From Candidatus Woesearchaeota archaeon (GTDB lineage: Archaea; Nanobdellota; Nanobdellia; Woesearchaeales; JAGVYF01), in NCBI GenBank assembly GCA_018303425.1, contig JAGVYF010000001.1:3539-67538 (forward strand): 64,000 bases of DNA, given 5' to 3'. The notes beneath the pieces are model-generated. The model searched no databases. It was not told the DNA's origin and saw only the letters and a program-made list of their open reading frames with translations. The translations under genes were made by a program, and so were the position numbers. Below, one piece after another: positions 41,535 to 48,883 of the stretch (position 1 is the first letter of the stretch; each line of letters begins with the position of its first letter).

Positions 41535-42887
41535 TTATTGGATTACGCCAATACCATACCATTTAATACCTATTTGTTTGAGAGATTCCTTATACTTGTC
41601 ATAAAGATTTCTAAAATCAAAAATAACTGGTTCTGTTAATGGTTCCAATATACATTTTAATGTATCAAAATCAGAAATTCTATAATCTGACCATTCTGTA
41701 AGTATAATAAACCCGTCGCATTTGTTTAATACTTCGTATTTATTCTCATAATAACTGATTTTATCACCGAAAATTGATTTAGCATTTTCCATTGCTTCGG
41801 GGTCATGAACTTTTATCTTTGCGCCTGCATTCAATAGTTTATTTATGACTGTAATTGATGATGAATCCCTCATGTCATCAGTATTAGCTTTGAAAGCCAA
41901 ACCCCATATACCTAAAGTTTTACCTGCAACATTTCCCCTGTAATGATTAAATATTTTTTGTGCACACCATTCTTTTTGTTCTTCATTAGACTTAATCGTT
42001 CGTTCAATCTGGAGCATAGGAGAATTAAATTCTCTACCAGTTACTGCTAAAGCTTTTGTGTCTTTAGGAAAACAACTCCCGCCGTATCCAGGTCCGGGAT
42101 ACATAAATTTTGGACTTATCCTTGAATCAGTGCCCATGCCATGAGTTACTTCCCTAATATCTGCGCCAACTGCTTCAGCAAGTCTTGCAAGTTCATTTAC
42201 AAAAGCAATTTTATTTGCGAGAAACGCATTTGCCCCATACTTTATCAATTCAGCGCTCTCAATTTTCTTTGTTATAATAATTGGATTACCATTTCGCGTC
42301 ATAGGTTCATATAACTGCTGCATAATTTCTGCAGCTTTATTTCCTTCTGCGCCTATAACAACTCGGTCTGGATAAAGGAAATCTTTTACAGATGAACCTT
42401 CTCTTAAAAATTCAGGATTAGAAACAACATCGAATTCAATATTTATGCTTCTTTTTTGCAATTGTTGTTCTATGATTGCTTGAACTTTTTTACCAGTACC
42501 GACCGGCACAGTACTTTTATCTACGATTATTGAATATTCACAAATATATTTTCCAATTATTTCAGCAACTTTAAAAACATATTTTAAATCTGCTGAATCA
42601 TTGATTTCATTTGTCGGAGTGCCCACGCAAATAAAATGTATCTTTGAATTTTTAATTGCATATTCACTATCTTGTGTAAATTCAATCATTCCATTGGCAA
42701 GGGTTTCATCTAACATTTCTTTTAAACCCGGTTCATAAATTGGAGGTACCCCTTGTTTTAATTTTTCAATGCGAATTGGATCAATATCAACACATATTAC
42801 TTTATTGTTATGTTTAGCAAAACAAACACCTGCGATCAAGCCAACATAACCTGTCCCAAATATAGAAATTTTTGCCATAATAATCAC
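41535..42887 (-). CDS. UDP-glucose 6-dehydrogenase
   Basis: MAKISIFGTGYVGLIAGVCFA...VICVDID. Catalytic GGSCFPKD. 450 aa. Confidence 0.85.
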   Translation of the reverse strand: MIIMAKISIFGTGYVGLIAGVCFAKHNNKVICVDIDPIRIEKLKQGVPPIYEPGLKEMLDETLANGMIEFTQDSEYAIKNSKIHFICVGTPTNEINDSADLKYVFKVAEIIGKYICEYSIIVDKSTVPVGTGKKVQAIIEQQLQKRSINIEFDVVSNPEFLREGSSVKDFLYPDRVVIGAEGNKAAEIMQQLYEPMTRNGNPIIITKKIESAELIKYGANAFLANKIAFVNELARLAEAVGADIREVTHGMGTDSRISPKFMYPGPGYGGSCFPKDTKALAVTGREFNSPMLQIERTIKSNEEQKEWCAQKIFNHYRGNVAGKTLGIWGLAFKANTDDMRDSSSITVINKLLNAGAKIKVHDPEAMENAKSIFGDKISYYENKYEVLNKCDGFIILTEWSDYRISDFDTLKCILEPLTEPVIFDFRNLYDKYKESLKQIGIKWYGIGVIQ

Positions 42888-42975
42888 ATTAGTATAATAA
42901 AAATTTTAATTTGAAAATGACTTTAAAAATATTTATAGTCTTGAATATATTTTAAAAATATTAATTAAAAAAAGA

Positions 42976-43090
42976 GTGGACAGCTTTCCGGGCTTCCCGT
43001 ACATGAGTACAGTACAACCAAGAACGGAGGCATGCTTAACTTCCGTGTTCGAAATGGGAACGGGTGAACCAGGCCCCTATGACCGTCCAA
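42976..43090 (-). rRNA. 5S ribosomal RNA (orphan copy, not linked to 16S/23S in this window)
   Basis: Minus-strand sequence GGACGGUCAUAGGGGCCUGGUUCACCCGUUCCCAUUUCGAACACGGAAGUUAAGC...GGGAAGCCCGGAAAGCUGUCC. Universal loop-C motif. Helix I pairing of ends GGACGG/CUGUCC. GC-rich island in an AT-rich region. Confidence 0.85.
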
Positions 43091-43316
43091 AATTAAGGTT
43101 TTATTGGCCGTTTATAAATGTTTCTATAATTAGGCGCTGTCCAGAGTCGTTTCATTGTTAATTAGTATCTTCAGATTTAAACATCGGAATTCCTGTTCTA
43201 TTCTCCCGAATACTTGGAGGGATTGATTTTTAGTGCAACGATGCCAAAGACAAAAAATCAAAGTTCAGAAGTTTTGGATTAGCAATATTAATAAAATAGG
43301 GTGAATTAATAAGAAT

Positions 43317-44126
43317 ATGAAAGTTACTATTATGACCTATAATGTTGAAAGAGGATTTCATACCAGAGATCATAATATTGAGAAAAAAAGATTAATGGCT
43401 GCTCAACAAGCCGTTCAAAAAGTGAATCCAGACATTCTTGCAATTACCGAAGCTTGTTATGGTGCAGAAAACTCACAAGGTATCTTAATGGATTATCAAA
43501 AATTATTTGATTTTCCTTACGGTAAATATGGAGGGTATCCTACTTTTGGACCTAGAAAAGGAGATGAAGGAGGAAATTGCATTTTGTCAAAATATCCCCT
43601 GGATGCAGAAAACGTAAAACTTTTGTTTAAAGGTGCAATTCGTGCCAGAATTGGGCTTGAAGGTATTGTTTTGACAATTGATGTTGTGCATCCATCTTAC
43701 TCTGTTGATGATTATGAAAAAATAAAAACTCTGAATCCTTTAATTTCAAATAGGCCATCTCATTACATTCTTACAGGAGATTTTAACACAGTCCATCCGG
43801 ATGATAAATATAATTGGGATTTGTTAACTGAAGAATTAACGAGTTTTAATCCGAAAAAGGCAAATCAAGTTATTGCAAATTGGAAACAAGCTGGTTTTAT
43901 CTCCTGGCTGCAAAAAATAGGTTTAGATGATTCATTTCCAAAAAGCAGAAGAGAATCCACTGTACCAACAAATTATGCTTACGGCGAAACCAGAACGGGG
44001 GTGAGGATGGATTTCTTTTTTCATTCTCAAGATATTGAAGCAATCGATTCTTATGTTCTAAAAGACAGCAATACTGAAATCGCTTCAGATCATTATCCTA
44101 TTGTTGGCATATTTAAAACAAAATAA
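43317..44126 (+). CDS. endonuclease/exonuclease/phosphatase (EEP) family protein
   Basis: MTYNVERG...DILAITEA N-terminus and C-terminal SDHYPIV, typical of EEP fold. Confidence 0.6.
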   Translation: MKVTIMTYNVERGFHTRDHNIEKKRLMAAQQAVQKVNPDILAITEACYGAENSQGILMDYQKLFDFPYGKYGGYPTFGPRKGDEGGNCILSKYPLDAENVKLLFKGAIRARIGLEGIVLTIDVVHPSYSVDDYEKIKTLNPLISNRPSHYILTGDFNTVHPDDKYNWDLLTEELTSFNPKKANQVIANWKQAGFISWLQKIGLDDSFPKSRRESTVPTNYAYGETRTGVRMDFFFHSQDIEAIDSYVLKDSNTEIASDHYPIVGIFKTK

Positions 44127-44303
44127 GCCAAGATTTCTGAATTGAGTTTACCATAGTGCAGTTAGCGTTAGCGAACGGAACAGAGATTGGAAACTGCATT
44201 TGGGTGAAGTGAAGCTTTCTCAATTGAAACTAACATCGGATTCTGTTAGGCGTCCCGAGCGTTAGAGAGAGCCTGCAAGGCGTGGCAAAATCTAAAAGAT
44301 TTT

Positions 44304-45048
44304 GAGTTCAGAATTCGGCGGTGGCGGGACGGCGCACTATTTGTTAGGGTTATAATCTGATTCGTATCCTGGATTTGTTTTTGGTCTATATTTGTTTGGA
44401 TATTGAATATCAGTTTTGACCGCGTGTGAAACTTTTTTGAAAAATTTGAACACCTCATAAGGATTCTCAATATGGCTAATAGTGTAGGGTTTTTGTACTG
44501 CCCCACTTCTTGTATAAGTAAAACTACCAGCGGTTGAAATAAGTATGTTACCGGATTTCCTACCAAAAAGGATATCCAAAAATCCAACATTCACTTCAGC
44601 ATTTGTTATCTGGTCAAAATCAACCATTTCAAAATCTCTGCCAATCAACCCTTTTTGAAGAAGAACTCTTTTGTTTGTAATTGTATAATAGGTATGTTTG
44701 TAAACCAAAGCTTTGTATATTGGAACTCCAAAAACAAATCCTACACCAATCTAAAAATGTGGGAGAAGAATAAAGAAATAATTTCCACTAGCTATTCCCT
44801 GAAGTACGAAAAAACCACCTATGGCCAGAAAGAATATTCCGAATATCGCACCTGCAAATCCACCTATAAAAAATGGCCCGAATTTTGGTTTTCCTTCCCA
44901 GAAAACTTTTTCATTTTGGTCTAATACTTTATCTAATTCTCTCATATTACTTAGTTTAATTATAACATATTTATAAATCAATCGTTTTTGTGCGCCGTCC
45001 GTTTGGGGTGGGTGGTCGAGGGACTGCCGAATTCTGAATTACGCCTAA
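44304..45048. repeat. imperfect 34-50 nt inverted repeats (GAGTTCAGAATTCGGC..GGACGGCGCAC / GTGCGCCGTCC..GCCGAATTCTGAAT) bracketing the bPH pseudogene
   Basis: 44304-44337 is the reverse complement of 44990-45039 apart from a 25-nt insert in the right copy. Additional pairing TTAGGCGT (44245-52) with ACGCCTAA (45040-48). The flanks are about 50% GC against about 28% background. Confidence 0.6.
44337..44981 (-). pseudogene. bacterial-PH-domain (bPH_2/YdbS-like) membrane protein interrupted by in-frame TAG
   Basis: ORFs 44751..44981 (EKVFWEGKPKF plus TM1) and 44337..44708 (YTITNKRVLLQKG...GNILISTAG PH domain) are in the SAME frame. A single amber codon at 44751-44753 inside predicted TM2 separates them. 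Confidence 0.55.
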
Positions 45049-45147
45049 CATCGCGATCGCTGTTAAACTCTCCCGATAGGGAAGCAAAAAATCGGCGTAT
45101 CAAGGTGCGAAGCACCATTAGTTAAAAGAGTTAAGAGGTCGGTGAGC

Positions 45148-45545
45148 TTATTTCTTCTTACGGAATAAGATATATGCTAAAAGGACTATGATTATAACAA
45201 TAGCAATTCCGAAAGCAATTAATAGCGTTCGGTTGTTTTGTGTGGATTCAACTGGTTTTTGTGATTTTTCTATTGTGTATGAATCAAATTTTTTGGCGAA
45301 CAATGGTTTTGAAACTTCTCCTTCAATTTTTAATCCTGTTTTAAAAACATCATCTTCATTTGCGACTTATTTTGGGAGAGATATTTTTTGTTGTAAGCCA
45401 ATAGCATAAGCTTCTTCACAAGAACTATAGTCATATTCTCTCTGCTTCACTAAGGTAACTTCTTCAATATCGATTGTTAACAAATATTCATCAGGATGAC
45501 AGATTTGTTGTATTGTGTTTTGTCATACATTATTATCGCCAGTAT
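45148..45545 (-). pseudogene. degenerate remnant of a C-terminally TM-anchored (…LLAYILFRKKK) protein with in-frame TAA and TGA
   Basis: Minus-strand translation gives ...EYLLTIDIEEVTLVKQREYDYSSCEEAYAIGLQQKISLPK*VANEDDVFKTGLKIEGEVSKPLFAKKFDSYTIEKSQKPVESTQNNRTLLIAFGIAIVIIIVLLAYILFRKKK*. A single reading frame is broken by internal stops. Confidence 0.3.
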
Positions 45546-45664
45546 ACATATTTATTACTTTCTGGACAGCGCCTATAATTACGGCTTGATTACATTGATT
45601 CTTTTACACTAGTGTCGGATTTAGACTAAATCGGGAAAACATAATCAGAAATAATTAAACGACT

Positions 45665-46477
45665 TTAAATTTTTTTATTTGTTTCAATAAAGTTCTGCAT
45701 TGTTTTAACAAATTGATTAGCTTCTTTATAAAAATCATCATACTGTTTACCTGATAATTTAATAATTTCTCTATTGGATATTTTTTTAGCAAGAATATAA
45801 AACTTATTCATCGTTGTAGCATATTCTTTAGAGATTAATTTTGGTTTTACCATTTTTTCGATCATCATGTCATCAACATGCTTGGGGCTAGGGGGTACTT
45901 CTCCAAGGGACATTAAAGCTGCATGGGCTGCATCAATCACTGCCCAATACAGGTCCATTACACCCTGCAATATATGCCATTTTGAATTTTGTAAAGTTCT
46001 TGGCGCTCTTGAGAAATATGTCCACACACTTTCAGGCGTAGGTCTAATCCTTCCTCTAATTAGTAATGCTTGCAATGGATCAAAAAAGCCCGAATCCAAT
46101 AAAGCATATCCATCCCTTAAAATATTTATCCCTATCGGATCAGAATTTCGAATATAATCCCAAAAAGAAGTTATTTTTAAAGTGGTTACATGAAGTCTTT
46201 CAGAAGTTTCAGCGATCAATTGTTCCATAATTATTCTATATGTTTCAACAAGTTCGGGACTCAACTCTAAAGAGATGTCATCTATTATGATCAAAATATC
46301 AATATCTCCTCCCGGCATAACTTCCTTTCTTGCTGCGCTTCCAAAAATTATCAAAGATTTAATAAAATTACCAAACTCCGTGTAAGCTTTTTTCGAAAAA
46401 TTATAAGCAATTTGAAGCTCTTCAGAACTATATCTATGGACATTTGGGTTATCTACTTCTTTTAATGCAAACTTCAT
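45665..46477 (-). CDS. nucleotidyltransferase-domain protein (Pol-beta superfamily NTase with C-terminal helical, HEPN-like region)
   Basis: FGSAARKEVMPGGDIDILIIID (GS...D.D NTase signature). 270 aa. Confidence 0.6.
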   Translation of the reverse strand: MKFALKEVDNPNVHRYSSEELQIAYNFSKKAYTEFGNFIKSLIIFGSAARKEVMPGGDIDILIIIDDISLELSPELVETYRIIMEQLIAETSERLHVTTLKITSFWDYIRNSDPIGINILRDGYALLDSGFFDPLQALLIRGRIRPTPESVWTYFSRAPRTLQNSKWHILQGVMDLYWAVIDAAHAALMSLGEVPPSPKHVDDMMIEKMVKPKLISKEYATTMNKFYILAKKISNREIIKLSGKQYDDFYKEANQFVKTMQNFIETNKKI

Positions 46478-46611
46478 TCATTGTTTTAAAGAAGTAAAAC
46501 TTTATTAAACTTTTGATTTATTGGACAATTGTAAGATTTGGAAATTATTTATACTTATTGAACAATAGTAACATTGGGAAAATATATAATCTTAATATTA
46601 ATATTATATAT

Positions 46612-46839
46612 ATGACTATGTTTATTGCAAATTTAAGTAGTGGAAAAGGTACTTTGGGACATGTGGGCAGACTTATGAAAGAGGAAGATTGGGATAAAGT
46701 AGTATTAGTAACTAATCCGTTTGGTAAAGAAAATTTTAAATCTGACAAGCCTTTTGAGATGATAGTTATAGATGAAAGAAAACCAATTAAAGAATTCACT
46801 GAAGATATAATTAAGAATTTAAAAGATACAATTAATTAA
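46612..46839 (+). CDS. hypothetical protein (possibly continues in +1 frame to about 46969)
   Basis: MTMFIANLSSGKGTLGHV... Immediately after the stop, the +1 frame encodes EVALSLIPGTGKEHMALLSAVMQLSVAFRMVALTKSGIHQV, which reads like coding sequence. Confidence 0.3.
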   Translation: MTMFIANLSSGKGTLGHVGRLMKEEDWDKVVLVTNPFGKENFKSDKPFEMIVIDERKPIKEFTEDIIKNLKDTIN

Positions 46840-47045
46840 TAGTGAAGTTGCTTTAAGTTTAATACCCGGCACAGGTAAAGAACACATGGCTCTTTTATCT
46901 GCAGTTATGCAATTAAGTGTTGCATTTAGAATGGTTGCGCTTACTAAATCCGGAATTCACCAAGTTTAATTATAACATTTAAATATAAAGCAAAAATAGA
47001 AAGCTTTATAAACTGACCATTATACCGAAGAATCAGTGATATCTT

Positions 47046-47240
47046 ATGGGAAGAATAAAAAATAAATTAATTAAAAGAACTGCAAAAGAATTATTACAGA
47101 AGTATGGAGTAAATTTTAAGAAAACTTTTGAAGAAAATAAACAAATTATTCCTAAATATGCTAAGATTAATTCAAAAAAATTAAGAAATGTCATTGTAGG
47201 GTATATTACTCATTTAAAGAAGACAAGAGAAGATTATTAA
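47046..47240 (+). CDS. rps17e: 30S ribosomal protein S17e
   Basis: MGRIKNKLIKRTAKELLQKY...IIPKYAKINSKKLRNVIVGYITHLKK matches the eS17 N-terminal domain (MGRVRTKTVKK...PSKKLRNKIAGYVTHL). Confidence 0.85.
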   Translation: MGRIKNKLIKRTAKELLQKYGVNFKKTFEENKQIIPKYAKINSKKLRNVIVGYITHLKKTREDY

Positions 47241-47328
47241 TAAGGTATTAATAAGAAGAGTTGATTGATATGATAGATAAAAAAACTGATCAAAAAGATA
47301 ACTCTATCTTTATAGGGGTAAGCCACTT

Positions 47329-47526
47329 ATGAATCATGCAGCAGATGTTGTAATGCATTTTACAGCGAAAGGTGCAGATGAAGTTTTTTTTAAAGCTTGG
47401 GGTAAGTTTATCAATAGGGTTGTTGGTGTTTTTGAAGTTGGCGCGAAAAGAGTTCTTAAGAACAGACTTACCACAAAAAATATTGATATTAATTCAGAAG
47501 AATTTATTAATTTATATGGTAAATAA
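47329..47526 (+). CDS. hypothetical small protein
   Basis: 65-aa ORF with no recognisable motif. The antisense ORF is equally long, so the strand call is weak. Confidence 0.2.
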   Translation: MNHAADVVMHFTAKGADEVFFKAWGKFINRVVGVFEVGAKRVLKNRLTTKNIDINSEEFINLYGK

Positions 47527-47622
47527 GTGTGTGTATTAAGCATAGAACATTTGCTTTGCAGAAAGTAAATATTATTATTAATAATTATTATTTATATACT
47601 TATTAAGTATTGAAACGTTTAT

Positions 47623-47824
47623 GGGCCCATAGCATAGCCTGGATATGCTGTATGCAACAGAAAGTGCGGCCGGCTTCGGACTAGCTTTTTAGAAAACGTT
47701 TGGGAAAATAAGTGTTTTTTGTTATATTCCAAAGCACACTAAAAAAAAGCAAGGAAGCTACCGGCATACCGGGGTTCGAATAAATTAAGCAAATTGCTTT
47801 ATATCGGAAATCCTCGTGGGCTCA
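47623..47824 (+). tRNA. tRNA with three introns (tentatively tRNA-Arg, anticodon UCG); mature length 73 nt
   Basis: Exon 47623-47649 (GGGCCCA acceptor, U8, D-arm GCAU/AGCCUGGAU/AUGC) | intron 47650-47668. Exon 47669-47679 (GCCGG CUUCGG: U33, anticodon UCG, G37) | intron 47680-47759. Exon 47760-47780 (A38, CCGGC, var AUAC, CGGGG, UUCGAA) | intron 47781-47810. Exon 47811-47824 (U60, CCUCG, UGGGCUC, A73). All seven acceptor pairs, G53-C61 and the T-loop UUCGAAU are satisfied. Confidence 0.6.
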
Positions 47825-47867
47825 TATTTTAATTTTGATATAAGGGACTAATATGCCGGTTATTTAT

Positions 47868-48266
47868 TTAATGTCTAATTTCTACCCACTTAACTTTTTT
47901 ATCTTCAACCAGATTTTTAATTTCACGCTGTTTTATATTTAATCCTGCACTACCTGTCTTAATTTCAATAAATGAGATATTATCCGAACCGAATACAATG
48001 CCATCTATTGGTTGACCTATAAATTTAAAATCATTTTTCGAAAATGGAAAATCTTTAGCAAATGGAACAAATTGCTCCCATGTTTGTCCATGTTTAACAT
48101 TCTCAGAACGTTTCACTTTAAGCAGTTGATCATATTTATTCAATAGGGTTTTGTATCTATGATAAAAAACCAAATAAGAAATAATTAAACTAAATACTAT
48201 TATAATAAATACAATTAAACTAAATATGAATATAATGTTTTTATTTAATATAACATCTGCAGGCAT
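47868..48266 (-). CDS. membrane-anchored PD-(D/E)xK nuclease-fold protein (NERD-like)
   Basis: N-terminal TM helix then ...QPIDGIVFGSDNISFIEIKTGSAGLN (D...E-x-K arrangement). 132 aa. Confidence 0.4.
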   Translation of the reverse strand: MPADVILNKNIIFIFSLIVFIIIVFSLIISYLVFYHRYKTLLNKYDQLLKVKRSENVKHGQTWEQFVPFAKDFPFSKNDFKFIGQPIDGIVFGSDNISFIEIKTGSAGLNIKQREIKNLVEDKKVKWVEIRH

Positions 48267-48576
48267 ACCTGAATTAATTTAAATAAGTATATAAATTGTG
48301 TTGACCAGGCGTAATGTTTTATCATTACTTTGTTTTTTTAATATTATTTTTTCTCATTTTTTATAAATTTTCAAAATAAAGTATACACATTTTAATTTTG
48401 TTATGAACATCATATTCGGTGTTTCATAAGGCTTTTATGAAGAAAAAAGCAGAAAACTCAGTCCTTTAGGGCTGAGATGAATGCACTGCTTTTTTTGCAG
48501 CCTAAAAATCGAACTTAAGAGAAAGTTAAATGTCAAACCTCGACCTTTAGGTCGTAGGTATTGGTTTTCGTTCGAT

Positions 48577-48615
48577 TTTTATGATATCATAAGTAGTTAT
48601 TATGATATCATTGGT
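48577..48615. promoter_or_regulatory. two copies of palindrome TATGATATCAT spaced 21 bp apart, about 270-300 bp upstream of surface-protein gene
   Basis: TATGATATCAT at 48580-48590 and 48601-48611. Each is a perfect 10/11-nt palindrome. Phasing is two helical turns. Confidence 0.4.
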
Positions 48616-48883
48616 TAATTAATTTTTTTAAATTATATGGAGTTTTTATTCCAGCGGACATTTAGTTGAATAATTGGATTATAACACTTCTAATACAACA
48701 ATATTTATATATAGAACCCAAACTATATGTTCTGCGCGAATATGGTACCACTGTATAATAAGAACATTTCCGCAAACCTTATAAATGAAACGGCTTTTTA
48801 TAGGTTTAGATTGGTGGTAATAGAGTATCTAAATTGGTGATAGCTGATTAAAATCATAATAAACATTTTTGGAGGGAAATACC

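Noticed and set aside
42976-43161. ORF 42976..43161 (+, 61 aa)
   Set aside because: Overlaps the 5S rRNA gene. GC-rich RNA sequence read as protein.
44126-45140. RNase P RNA as identity of the GC-rich flanks
   Set aside because: No P4 AGGAAAGUCCGGGCUCC or ACAGAAACCGGCUUA-type motifs on either strand.
44337-45545. Alternative genetic code (stop-codon reassignment) to explain in-frame TAG/TAA/TGA
   Set aside because: All three stop types are affected and only in this one decayed locus. More than 60 other genes terminate normally.
47650-47769. Alternative tRNA fold using GUAUG (47650-54) / CAUAC (47765-69) as anticodon stem
   Set aside because: Leaves zero-length variable loop and A33/A34 in the anticodon loop. 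The GCCGG/CCGGC solution gives a canonical 73-nt tRNA. The complementarity may still matter for pre-tRNA folding.
48430-48520. Possible C/D-box sRNA (AUGAAGA ... CUGA ... terminal AGGCU/AGCCU stem)
   Set aside because: C box degenerate (UGAAGA not UGAUGA) and no D box adjacent to the 3' stem. More likely promoter/UTR hairpins.
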